Shown here one piece after another: positions 16,712 to 26,031 of a stretch of 45,789 nt of DNA. The DNA is from a virus (taxonomy: Duplodnaviria > Caudoviricetes): the IMG/VR virus record IMGVR_UViG_3300018080_000041, positions 1 through 45,789 of that record; one strand, given 5' to 3'. Position 1 is the stretch's first letter, and every line of letters starts with the position of its first letter. Below the pieces are notes generated by a model that was not told the DNA's origin, did not search any database, and worked only from the letters and a program-made list of their open reading frames with translations. The translations under genes and the position numbers were made by a program.

Positions 16712-19405
16712 CTACCAGCCAGTGAATTCCAGTTCCGTCACGATGGAATCTGAGCTTGCGGGAGACGCTCCCGCCTGCTCATAGATCACACACCGAACGT
16801 GCCGCAATCTGCTGGCACGGGCAACCTGTACAGGGAACAGGCCCCGACAGGAAGCCTCCGGCATGTCGATCACGCCATCGCCCCATGTGGAAGACGCCTC
16901 CCACACGCCTGTCGTTGGGTTCCAGACCTCGCCACGGACAGGATGCACCAGTCGGCAGTACAACGCCGATCCGCTCGCCTGGATCGTAGATCCCATGATT
17001 GCTGCGTTCTCAGTCCGCCACTGATAGGCATTGTCCACATGGTCCAGGGACGGAGTGATTTCGGCCACCGGAACAGCCTCATCATACACGGCCACGTTAC
17101 TAAACAGGCCCATGCACGTAGCCGACCCGAACGTCATGGACGTCGGCGTTCCGAGGACATTGCCGCCCGCGGCAATAGACTGGGCTGCAACATGAGGCGT
17201 CTGTACAACCAGCGTAAAGTCCGATCCCTCACAAATCAACGCGAACCGCAGGGTATCCTTGCGTTCCCAGGTTACCTGGGTGGTGGTCTGTGCAGAATTG
17301 GTGCCGTCACTGGCAATGAAGTCCCCTGACGCGTGATCGTACCCCACCAGGATTTGGTTGACGCCATCCGAAAGGGTGAACACGGTCATCCCCTCGGCTG
17401 TCTCGCGGCTGGCCATTTCCGGAGACCAGGCCCAGGTAAACGTGCAGGCCGCAGACGACACAGCGGAGGCCAGGCTGATCGCCGCCGTCTCATCGCCTCG
17501 CGTTTCGCCGCCCGGATGCCACGTGCCGGTGTACCAGAAGTTCGCCATCATGGCGATCATGCAGCCGTCCATGTAGATCTTCTCATCGTGAGCTACATCC
17601 GGGTTTCGGGACATGAACAACCGTACCCCTCCTCCTCCGGCCCACGACGCACTGGCATCCAGGGACTCATCGTAGAACCAGAACTTCTGCCAGGCGGGCG
17701 TCGGTCGGAACTGGGCATAGTAGGAGTTTTTGCCGGTGTAGGTCTCGCCCTTGTAATCATAGAACTGTGGACGGAGAGAGACCAGGTTCGCAGTTCGGGC
17801 CAGCGTCCCCCCTTGCTTGCACCGCATCTGAAACGTGATCTTCATGCCCGTGTCCAGGACACTCTCACCTTCATACCCGAGACCCACCATGTCCGTACCG
17901 GCGTCGTCGCCCGCGGCCCCACCCTCCAGACTGTACGAGTAGTCACCGACCCAGGCCTCATCGGTCGTACGCCCACCTTCCTGCCAGTAACTTCCTCCGT
18001 TAGGCCCGTAGTTCTCGGCAGCTTCCATCGATGCCTTGGCGGCCGCCGTCTGGTTCTTCACGCCTCGCTCGCACCGGACAGCCGTCCGGGTGGCACACTC
18101 CACCGGCTCCAACGTGACGGCCCGCACGACATTCGCCAGATTGTACCGTGTACCCCAGAGCACATCGTCGAGCTCGGCGACAACATTGTAGATCCCACGG
18201 CGATCATCATAGCGAATGGCACACGTCCAGTTCATCCCATCCGCCGAGACGTACAACCCCACCTGGGCATCATTGGCACCCTCCCGCATGCCACATGCGT
18301 AGAAGACTCCGTCGAATTTGCGGATGCTGAAGCAGTAGATGTTGGAGGCCCAGGCCCGGTAGGGCACCTCAGAGACCGCATTGGAATTCGGCAACCAGAG
18401 AACGTTTTCCCAGTCCAGCGTGACAGTGTTGATTCGGGCCACCACCCCCTGCACATCACTCGATCCGTCATGCCCGCAATACAAATAGTCCCCGTCGCAC
18501 AGGAATGACACCGACTGCCACGGGGTCACCTGTTGAACGGTGTCCCACTGGGCCTCGGAGGTCTTGTCGCCACCGCCGTTATGATCGAGCTTCCAAATCC
18601 CAGCGTAGTCCGTCCCATCACCGGTGGCAATCCAGACGGTGTCCGTCGAATTGGGATCAAAGCTCACCGCATGAACATGCAGATTCAACGCCCCTGCCCC
18701 CAGGCTCTGCATGTCCACATGGTTGTAGATCACGGTCCAGCTACGTCCATAGTCGTTTGAGTAGTACACACGACAACCGCAGGCATCACCATTCTGAGCA
18801 TAGTTGCCATACTCGCAAATAACGACCTCATTATCACGAACAGCGTCGGGGCCCATCGAAAACCAAACCGCGTAGCCGGAGATCAACGCCAGGCTATCCC
18901 CGGCCGACACAGACACGCTCTGGGAGGCATCCGCGTAATCCGTAGACCACGTGCAAATCGTCCAGGTGGCTCCATGGTCACCCGACCACCAGAGGTGTCC
19001 GCGGGCGGCATTCGTCTTCTGCCCGGTACTCATCAACCACTCGCCATTGGCCATAAGCATCATGCCCTGGATCTCGTCGCCTGCCGCAAAATCACCACTG
19101 AACGGAGAGTCTGTCTGGACGTTGATCGTGGTCACCGGTGTCACCAGGTCGTCCTTATGGTACACATCCAACTGGACGCCAACCGACACACAGACATAGG
19201 GGTCGTCCACCAGGCGGCACGAATAGGCTGTCGAGCCCCAGTATTCGGTCACGTCCGGCCTGCTGGCGACGGCCGCCAGCTCAATCCGCGGCACGTTTAC
19301 GGCCACCTCCACACCGTCATCTCGGAAGGCATGAGTGCTCCGCGTAAACGTGTCGATGTCAGATGCCGCAATATTTGGCAGGTCTAAAGTTGGGATCGCC
19401 GCCAT
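16712..19405 (-). CDS. Spike/fibre receptor-binding protein with Asp-box beta-propeller, CBM-like and LamG-like domains
   Basis: Asp-boxes SGDHGATW, SNDYGRSW and SADGMNW; FTR..VNVPRIE and ETRGDE spike-type motifs; located in the tail module. Confidence 0.7.
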   Translation of the reverse strand: MAAIPTLDLPNIAASDIDTFTRSTHAFRDDGVEVAVNVPRIELAAVASRPDVTEYWGSTAYSCRLVDDPYVCVSVGVQLDVYHKDDLVTPVTTINVQTDSPFSGDFAAGDEIQGMMLMANGEWLMSTGQKTNAARGHLWWSGDHGATWTICTWSTDYADASQSVSVSAGDSLALISGYAVWFSMGPDAVRDNEVVICEYGNYAQNGDACGCRVYYSNDYGRSWTVIYNHVDMQSLGAGALNLHVHAVSFDPNSTDTVWIATGDGTDYAGIWKLDHNGGGDKTSEAQWDTVQQVTPWQSVSFLCDGDYLYCGHDGSSDVQGVVARINTVTLDWENVLWLPNSNAVSEVPYRAWASNIYCFSIRKFDGVFYACGMREGANDAQVGLYVSADGMNWTCAIRYDDRRGIYNVVAELDDVLWGTRYNLANVVRAVTLEPVECATRTAVRCERGVKNQTAAAKASMEAAENYGPNGGSYWQEGGRTTDEAWVGDYSYSLEGGAAGDDAGTDMVGLGYEGESVLDTGMKITFQMRCKQGGTLARTANLVSLRPQFYDYKGETYTGKNSYYAQFRPTPAWQKFWFYDESLDASASWAGGGGVRLFMSRNPDVAHDEKIYMDGCMIAMMANFWYTGTWHPGGETRGDETAAISLASAVSSAACTFTWAWSPEMASRETAEGMTVFTLSDGVNQILVGYDHASGDFIASDGTNSAQTTTQVTWERKDTLRFALICEGSDFTLVVQTPHVAAQSIAAGGNVLGTPTSMTFGSATCMGLFSNVAVYDEAVPVAEITPSLDHVDNAYQWRTENAAIMGSTIQASGSALYCRLVHPVRGEVWNPTTGVWEASSTWGDGVIDMPEASCRGLFPVQVARASRLRHVRCVIYEQAGASPASSDSIVTELEFTGW

Positions 19406-19414
19406 GAGGATCTC

Positions 19415-19699
19415 CTAGGTTTGTACCACTGTGATTTCTTCTTCGCTGTCCAGCGTGTCGCCGATGACAGGGCCACCCCCTGCCTGTTTGTAGATCGCGA
19501 CGGTATATAGGCCAAAGGACAGGCCACTTGGAGGCGTGAACACATAGCAGCCGGAACTGACCTCGGTCATGGCAATGTCTGTGTTCGCCCAGACCGGAGA
19601 GCTCTCGAACTGGCTCGTGACCGTATTCCAGACTGTGCCATTCCTGTGGATCAGCCGCCCATAATATGTATCGCCCGCAGCTCGTGTTATTGAGAACAT
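19415..19699 (-). CDS. 94-aa virion-module protein paralogous to the C-terminal domain of the 897-aa spike
   Basis: ATG at 19699 with GGAG RBS; aligns visibly with the protein encoded at 16712-16985. Confidence 0.7.
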   Translation of the reverse strand: MFSITRAAGDTYYGRLIHRNGTVWNTVTSQFESSPVWANTDIAMTEVSSGCYVFTPPSGLSFGLYTVAIYKQAGGGPVIGDTLDSEEEITVVQT

Positions 19700-19715
19700 T
19701 TTCTTCTCCGATCCC

Positions 19716-19745
19716 TTGATTTCCCTAGGCCGCCCGTTGTACACT
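19716..19745 (+). promoter_or_regulatory. Sigma70-like promoter for the antisense moron gene
   Basis: TTGATT-18-TACACT; ATG begins 7 nt after the -10 element. Confidence 0.5.
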
Positions 19746-19751
19746 AGAGGC

Positions 19752-20303
19752 ATGACCGAACGCACCGCCAAACGAGCCCTGTTCATCATGGCACCCCTGG
19801 CCGTCATCATGACGAGCCTGGCGATCTGGACCGCAACTCTGCCGCCGCCCCGTCCACCGATACGGCCTCCGAAGCCTACCTGGCCCCCCGTCGTCCAGGA
19901 GCAGCCGGAGCCGCGAAACGCCAGGGAAGCCATGCTGGTCAGCATGACGACCACAATCGAACAGGCCCGCAAGGATGCATGGGACTGGTGGCACTCGCTG
20001 GACCACGTCCCGACTCGACAGGAACAAATTGAATTCCTGTCCAGCCAGCCCCATATCATCGAGGCCCAAGGCGGCAAGAAGGGGGCACTCATCTACGCTA
20101 CCATGATGTCTGAACCAGCGATACGACGGCTTCGCCGAACCAACCGAGAACAGTGGCGAGTGTACTGGGAGCGGATGTCGGCCGATGTTTTTTTGCGGGC
20201 CTACATTGGGACCGCCGATCCGAACGACCTGTCGCCGTACACCTTCGAGGCGATCATGGGGCACCCAATCCCCGCTACTCCGACTCATACAACACCTCGC
20301 TGA
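19752..20303 (+). CDS. Moron-like membrane-anchored protein, antisense to the virion operon
   Basis: N-terminal hydrophobic helix, Pro-rich linker and helical domain; fills the gap between two minus-strand genes. Confidence 0.7.
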   Translation: MTERTAKRALFIMAPLAVIMTSLAIWTATLPPPRPPIRPPKPTWPPVVQEQPEPRNAREAMLVSMTTTIEQARKDAWDWWHSLDHVPTRQEQIEFLSSQPHIIEAQGGKKGALIYATMMSEPAIRRLRRTNREQWRVYWERMSADVFLRAYIGTADPNDLSPYTFEAIMGHPIPATPTHTTPR

Positions 20304-23300
20304 ACGCAAACTCCCACTGCTCGTCCTGCAGCTCTTCATTCACGATATTGAATGGTGCCGCAATGGCACCGCTGGACCCGGCATCAATAGACTCCTGATC
20401 GACCTGTGGGAATTCAATGTCGGGAGCCTGATTGTCGGCGTCAGGAATCTCGAACGGAGAGAAGTATGCGAGGTAGCCATACTCCGCAACGTCACTCGGC
20501 AAATAGTGTTCGGCCTGGTTAGAGCTCGCCCCCAGCTCGCACCACCCGTACCCGCCTGCAATCCAGAGCGACCAGGGCCTATCGTTCTTCTTGGAGCCGT
20601 ACCATAAATACACATCATGCCAATACCCAAAACTGCCCCACTCGTACGGATTCGGAGTTATGAACTGATATGTCTGTACAGCGGGAGTCACCAACGACGG
20701 GGCGTCGAAACCATCCACCAATTCCTTGCCGGGATACGCATTGACCCTCACGTTATACGGAGACACGAACCGGCCAGGCCTGTTCGCCGACACCGAAGCA
20801 GACATGTAATCCTTCCCAAGATACTCAACTCTATACCCCTGGCCCCAAATATTATACTCCGGGGGACACTCCCACGCTTCGCCGATCATATCCATCCAGG
20901 CACACGCATTGGGTGATGTCTTGGGCCAGACCGCCCACGCTTGCACCTGGGGGCCTGGGGTCTGTGTGGGGGCATCTACAAACAACGTGTACTTGTTCGG
21001 GTCGGTCTCCTGATCGCAATACCATGCACATGTCGCAGGATACCAGCTCGGAGCTGAAGTGTAGACCTCCCACTTCGTGCCGTAACCGTCATTGTTGGGA
21101 TTGCAGTCATCAGCCCAAGTGTCATTGATTGCATCGACCCAGTCCGAAATGGCATCATTAATCGACGAGAAATAGTGCCCCGTATCACCATCTGGAATAA
21201 CGACATTTCGCACTCTATTTTTAATCTCGTAGCACTGAGCCGAAAGTCGCCGCCGCAGTTCGCCGCTCTCGTCCAGTATGTCCCGCAAGTTGTTGACCAC
21301 CTCAGATGGCGGGGTAATAAGAGAAACGTCCGGCATCGGCCATACCTGGGGGTCGCCCGTAACCGGCATCCACCCATGATCCGTCAAGAGGTCATCGACC
21401 AGTTCGTCCGTAATAATTTCCGTCTCACTACCGATCCAGGCATCCTCCACTTCGGATCGCACCCATGACAGACTGTGACTTGTATAACCGGAATCAATGT
21501 CGTTCCCAATGTAGTTGTCGTATCCGTATCCCGGCGGGTCCGTGCCGCAATCGCCCGGCCACACCAACGTGTCCGTCGAACTTTCAACGGTCCCATCAAA
21601 TGTAGGAACCGGATAACACGAAGGAATGCGTCTCCATGTCGCCACGATCTCGCCTGTACCGCCAGAGCTATTGGGATCGTTGTTCCAGCCCGCCGGGATG
21701 TACGGCGTGGTGGTATCCAATATCCAGTCGTAGTTGCCTGAACCGGCACGCTCCAGCATCCACTCCATCTCATTTCCGTTACAGCCCCAGTAATGCGACG
21801 TCAGGAGCTGAACGCCACCGTCATCATACAGGTCATACGTATCGTCTTCGGCGTCTTCCCATCGACTGGTGAACGTGGATGTTACTTCCCCGCAGAGCTC
21901 GGAGGCAGAGCTGGTAACAAGCGTCTCGATCATATCATACCAATCCTGCCATTCTGAAGCAGAGATGGATTTGCTTGTCGGAGTAGACACAAACCCACCA
22001 ACCTGGCTCGACAAATCCACTTGATACCGTGGGTCTACCTGTACCGGCAAAAGTGTGTATGCCTGCCTGGCAGTTCCTCCGCTGGTCACCATGTATCGTT
22101 CTTGGTTACGGTCAAAATGATGGTAAAAGCTGGGATCTGCCGCCACCGCCCAATTCGTAGAATCACCGGACGGGTTGCCCCCGCACTGCGTGGCGGTACG
22201 TTGGGTTTTATTGAAATAGATTTCGTCGTCATTGTTGGGGTCAGAACAAAAGATTTCACCCGGCCCCCATGTATCGGCATATTCCCCATCGGGGCCAAAC
22301 TCAACAATGCTCGGTGGCGTAAACCGTAACCGATGCGGCGTGGGGTTAATGTACGATAGCCAGTACGCATACCGCAGATCTTCCCAGTGCTGCCACGTCA
22401 CACCATCGCTGGCCTTGGCGTCCGCCCCGCGACAGTACAGGTCATTGGCGTCCGATGTACTCAAGGCCCTCGCGTACAGCATTACATTATCCAGCTTGCC
22501 GTCGAACTTCGTGTTGCCGGAGCAGTTGACGCCGAGCTTCATGTCCACACTCGTAGACAGGTCACGACCGCTCGATACGCTCTCGGTATCTTCCAGGCGG
22601 CCATCCATGTACAGCCGCAGCTCGTCTTCATCGGCATCCCGAACGAATACCGCATGATGCCACGAGCCATCATTCCAGGCAGTCGTGTCACCCACCGATT
22701 CCTGGGAACTGTTGGCCCAGGTCACACCGTAGATCGCACCGCCGGACGTCAGATAGAGCCGCCACCCGTCATCATAACCACTGTCGTACAGGGTCTTGTC
22801 TCCGATGCACTGGTAGGCACTGCTATAGGAGGTCTTGAACCAGGCGGCGAACGAGAAAGATTCATCCGAATCAAAGTCCAGGTCTGCGTGATCCGAGACT
22901 GTAATGTAATCGTCCGAGCCGTCCAGATCGAAGCAGGAGCCCACCTGCCCACTCAGGTCATACAGCTCGTCTACCGGATCAGATGTCGTGCCGTCGTGAC
23001 GGTTGCAATAGTCGATAGCTGTGCTGTCGGCCGTCTCCGTATCTTCATCCTGAAGGTCATACAAGGCCTTGACCTCCTCGGCCTCCAAGGCATAGCCATA
23101 GACCTCCACATTGTCCATGCGGCCATCCAGCAGGGACGTGGTAAACCCATCGTCCCAATAGGCCGCCATGTAAAGGTTATCTGTCGTGGTGAAGTCGTCG
23201 AAGTCGGTTGCACTGTCCAGGTCGCCATCGTAGGACGCGTCGAGATCCACCGCCTCACCATTCACGTACAACGTGATCGTCTTGGCTCCGGCGGACTCGT

Positions 23301-23916
23301 TCTCGTCACGAAATACGGCCGCCAGATGTGTCCAGCCTGTCGCCCCGTTGTCAAACACCACCTCGTCGGTCAAGGCCAGGCCGCCATTGTCGTCCGCGTA
23401 GTAGTAGGCTCCAACATCGCCCGCCACGCTCACGAAGAGCTCAACCATATTGTCACCGGTCTGATCGGGGTCGAAGCTGCAAAGAATCATCTGTGTGTCG
23501 CTGTCCTGGCCATCATCCAGGGCAACGAAAACCGAAAGCGTAAACGACCCTCGGAAGGTAGACTGGAACGTCTGGCCCGTATCCACGTAGTCATCGGACC
23601 CATCGAACTCCAGGGCTCGCACAAACCCGGCCGTCGTCACACCATCCACGTCGTGGTCGGAGGTGTAATCGTCCGATCCATCCTCCAGTGTTCCGTTCGT
23701 CCCCTCCTCGTTTGTAACCGTACTGGAGGCCGCATTGTCGTTCATCTTGTAGTGGGCCACTCGCGAGTCCTGGACGGACACGTCATCGAGCTTCCAGTAC
23801 GAGATCAGCCCGTCACCGGTCGTATCCACGGGCCATTCAGCCATTTGCCAGTCGGCCAACGACACCAGAGACAGCAATGACACGAGCAACACAATAATCA
23901 GACATTCTCTTTTCAC
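20275..23916 (-). CDS. 1213-aa LamG (concanavalin-like) domain protein with signal peptide
   Basis: MKREC followed by a hydrophobic stretch and SLA; YWKLDD, LEFDGSDDY, WTHLAAV, LYVNG, WHHAVFV, LYMDG and FDGKLDNVMLY LamG motifs. Confidence 0.85.
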   Translation of the reverse strand: MKRECLIIVLLVSLLSLVSLADWQMAEWPVDTTGDGLISYWKLDDVSVQDSRVAHYKMNDNAASSTVTNEEGTNGTLEDGSDDYTSDHDVDGVTTAGFVRALEFDGSDDYVDTGQTFQSTFRGSFTLSVFVALDDGQDSDTQMILCSFDPDQTGDNMVELFVSVAGDVGAYYYADDNGGLALTDEVVFDNGATGWTHLAAVFRDENESAGAKTITLYVNGEAVDLDASYDGDLDSATDFDDFTTTDNLYMAAYWDDGFTTSLLDGRMDNVEVYGYALEAEEVKALYDLQDEDTETADSTAIDYCNRHDGTTSDPVDELYDLSGQVGSCFDLDGSDDYITVSDHADLDFDSDESFSFAAWFKTSYSSAYQCIGDKTLYDSGYDDGWRLYLTSGGAIYGVTWANSSQESVGDTTAWNDGSWHHAVFVRDADEDELRLYMDGRLEDTESVSSGRDLSTSVDMKLGVNCSGNTKFDGKLDNVMLYARALSTSDANDLYCRGADAKASDGVTWQHWEDLRYAYWLSYINPTPHRLRFTPPSIVEFGPDGEYADTWGPGEIFCSDPNNDDEIYFNKTQRTATQCGGNPSGDSTNWAVAADPSFYHHFDRNQERYMVTSGGTARQAYTLLPVQVDPRYQVDLSSQVGGFVSTPTSKSISASEWQDWYDMIETLVTSSASELCGEVTSTFTSRWEDAEDDTYDLYDDGGVQLLTSHYWGCNGNEMEWMLERAGSGNYDWILDTTTPYIPAGWNNDPNSSGGTGEIVATWRRIPSCYPVPTFDGTVESSTDTLVWPGDCGTDPPGYGYDNYIGNDIDSGYTSHSLSWVRSEVEDAWIGSETEIITDELVDDLLTDHGWMPVTGDPQVWPMPDVSLITPPSEVVNNLRDILDESGELRRRLSAQCYEIKNRVRNVVIPDGDTGHYFSSINDAISDWVDAINDTWADDCNPNNDGYGTKWEVYTSAPSWYPATCAWYCDQETDPNKYTLFVDAPTQTPGPQVQAWAVWPKTSPNACAWMDMIGEAWECPPEYNIWGQGYRVEYLGKDYMSASVSANRPGRFVSPYNVRVNAYPGKELVDGFDAPSLVTPAVQTYQFITPNPYEWGSFGYWHDVYLWYGSKKNDRPWSLWIAGGYGWCELGASSNQAEHYLPSDVAEYGYLAYFSPFEIPDADNQAPDIEFPQVDQESIDAGSSGAIAAPFNIVNEELQDEQWEFAFSEVLYESE

Positions 23917-24716
23917 GACGATTCCTTCCGTATGGCCAACAACCCATCAATCACTTTTTCCGGTTCATCTTCCCGGACCAGGTACATCAATATCTCTTTG
24001 TCCGTCAATACCTCACACGCCTCGTCGAGTGTGTCCAATGTCCAGGTGGTGACCGCCTCATTGATCTTTTGGGGCGTGTTCGACACAATGATCTGCCCGC
24101 CCGTCCACGGGCAACTGATCTCCTCGGCGTACTGATCGCACACCGGCAGGATCGAGCCGAAGTCCGGACCTCGGTAATACGTCCGGTCGATGATGGGCCG
24201 GTCGCCCACCCAATGGAACGCCTTGGTGGGCAGATCGTCAGACCGGGCCCAATACCCAGTGAATGCGTAGTCCACGCCGGGCAACACAGCTACCTGCTCC
24301 TGCAACCACAGGTAGGCAAGTCGGTCGCTCATTGGAGACCGGCTCCAGGATGCATAGGAGTTGTACACCTCCGAGTCGACACCGGTGTACTGACACCCCA
24401 ACTCTTCTGCCCGGTTCGTGATTCGCTGAATCTGTTGCGACATCGCCTCGGCAGTCATCCACTTCCACCAGACGGCGTCCTCGACCTCTGACGAAACCGA
24501 CGCAGGGAACAGCCATCGACTGTAGATGGTCTGCACACCAAATTTCTCACAAAGGCGAATCAGCTGAGGCAGATAGTCGACCTCGGCCCTATAGGTGCCA
24601 CCGAACCACACGGTGTGGAAGCATCCACTTAACAAGGCCTTCACCAACATCCACGGGGTGTGGGTATGATGCCGAGGCCAATAGAGAATGAATCGATTGA
24701 GCCAGTGGTTGCTCAT
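23913..24716 (-). CDS. Hypothetical protein, possible TIM-barrel glycoside-hydrolase-like fold
   Basis: 267-aa ORF coupled to the downstream gene (GTGA overlap); alternating beta/alpha pattern with GVDSE (DxE). Function speculative. Confidence 0.5.
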   Translation of the reverse strand: MSNHWLNRFILYWPRHHTHTPWMLVKALLSGCFHTVWFGGTYRAEVDYLPQLIRLCEKFGVQTIYSRWLFPASVSSEVEDAVWWKWMTAEAMSQQIQRITNRAEELGCQYTGVDSEVYNSYASWSRSPMSDRLAYLWLQEQVAVLPGVDYAFTGYWARSDDLPTKAFHWVGDRPIIDRTYYRGPDFGSILPVCDQYAEEISCPWTGGQIIVSNTPQKINEAVTTWTLDTLDEACEVLTDKEILMYLVREDEPEKVIDGLLAIRKESS

Positions 24717-24737
24717 TCAGTCAACCGTCTCAACATA

Positions 24738-24953
24738 TCAACGCCCCTTCAAAACAGGCTGCCAGGTGTAACTGGCCAGCCCCAACACAGCAATTAAGAT
24801 CGCCCCGCCCAGGGCAACCCCCGCGAGCACAACGCTCTCGGTCGCCAACGACCCCGAGACCGCCAGTAGGGCAGGCACGACACCGTTGACAATGCTCAGT
24901 CTCTTGCTAGGCCGCCCTTCAGTTGCGGGCGTCTTCCCAGTCACTGCTTCCAT
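24738..24953 (-). CDS. Small two-helix membrane protein (holin candidate); start uncertain
   Basis: Two hydrophobic segments and a basic C-terminus; fills the gap after tail tubular A. Confidence 0.45.
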   Translation of the reverse strand: MEAVTGKTPATEGRPSKRLSIVNGVVPALLAVSGSLATESVVLAGVALGGAILIAVLGLASYTWQPVLKGR

Positions 24954-25512
24954 CTTCCTGGTCCGCCGGGTCTTCGATTTCGATGAGCCCGTTCATTCGG
25001 GCTTCCAACCTGACTCGCTCGTAGTCCTGCCGCAAACCATCCGCCTTTGAACGACTCGCCTTAACCTTCGTTGCCAGGACCATCGCCAGCTTGATCGCAA
25101 TGGCCTCGACGAGCTTCGGGTGCATGTTGGCGGGGTCGGTTTCGACCTGGACATACCGCACATAGATCTCATCTGCGTCGGCCAGGATATACGCCCCCTC
25201 ACGGGCGTACTTGATCGGCGTCTCGCCGTCATCACTGTAGACCTGGACGATACGGGCCACCGTCTCAGCGAGACCCGACAGTAGAAAGTGGTAGTCGAAA
25301 CCAAACTCCGGAGCCGTCGCCGTCTCAGCGGTCAACCCCTCTCGGAGGATCTGGTGTAACCAGTTATCTTCCGAGAGGACCTGCTCGCAAACCCGCTCGT
25401 AAAACAACACGCACAGCGGCCCATTCGGCGTATCGGTATCGGCCGCGAGCTGCGTAGCCCCGAGCAGCGTCAGGGCCATGTTGTACACGTCCAATGTCGT
25501 CACCGCTGCCAT
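24919..25512 (-). CDS. Tail tubular protein A (adaptor/gatekeeper)
   Basis: LDVYNMALTLLGA N-terminus, AIAIKLA and W..AR C-terminus; synteny after the capsid genes. Confidence 0.85.
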   Translation of the reverse strand: MAAVTTLDVYNMALTLLGATQLAADTDTPNGPLCVLFYERVCEQVLSEDNWLHQILREGLTAETATAPEFGFDYHFLLSGLAETVARIVQVYSDDGETPIKYAREGAYILADADEIYVRYVQVETDPANMHPKLVEAIAIKLAMVLATKVKASRSKADGLRQDYERVRLEARMNGLIEIEDPADQEDGSSDWEDARN

Positions 25513-25523
25513 GTCGCATCCTC

Positions 25524-25550
25524 AAAAAAGGGAGGGGCCAGGCCCCTCCC
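25524..25550 (-). terminator. Intrinsic terminator after the capsid/cement genes
   Basis: Minus strand GGGAGGGGC-CTG-GCCCCTCCC followed by T6. Confidence 0.8.
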
Positions 25551-25559
25551 CGTTTGGCT

Positions 25560-25985
25560 CTAGCTCATGCGTCGCGTGTGGAACGACGGGCCGACCGTGC
25601 CGATCCAGGCATTGATCGCTCCCGCCGTCATCACGGCGGTGCCAATGGTGTACGTCAGCTTGACGAACTCCAGCATCTCCGGCGGAATCGTCTCCTGGAG
25701 CAGGATCTTACCTGCCGCCAAATCCGCGAGAGCAAATACTTCGCTCTCCAGGATCGTGTCGTACGATCCACCCACGGTGGCACAGGTCAGCACCTTGACT
25801 TGCAAGGTGGCCGCACCACCACTCGTGAACGTGGTGTCCACGACGGCATTGATGACCAGGTCTTGGCCCTGGCCGACGTATTCGCGGTTGGCACCCAGGT
25901 CGATGATGTTGTCACTGTCGTGAGCGGCAACCGTCGTCTCGGCCTGACCATCGCTAAACACGAGCTGTGCATCTTGGTACGCCAT
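25560..25985 (-). CDS. Capsid cement/decoration protein (Bbp16-like)
   Basis: DAQLVFSDGQA, SDNIIDLG, FTSGGAATLQV and MTAGAINAWI motifs; follows the major capsid gene. Confidence 0.85.
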   Translation of the reverse strand: MAYQDAQLVFSDGQAETTVAAHDSDNIIDLGANREYVGQGQDLVINAVVDTTFTSGGAATLQVKVLTCATVGGSYDTILESEVFALADLAAGKILLQETIPPEMLEFVKLTYTIGTAVMTAGAINAWIGTVGPSFHTRRMS

Positions 25986-26031
25986 CTTCTATCCTTTCTG
26001 CTTACGCTTCAGTTCTAGTTCCAGGCCGCTC

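Noticed and set aside
19700-20092. N-terminal extension of ORF 19415-20092
   Set aside because: Antisense to the moron gene; the RBS and paralogy support the ATG at 19699.
3292-23880. Long plus-strand ORFs (e.g. 3292-4788, 17333-18508, 22387-23880)
   Set aside because: Antisense shadows of GC-rich genes, with no motifs or RBS.
13475-23916. Diversity-generating retroelement, expected from BPP-1-like head genes
   Set aside because: No reverse transcriptase ORF, and no template/variable repeat pair with adenine-specific mismatches seen by eye. The nozzle repeats are in-frame domain duplications.
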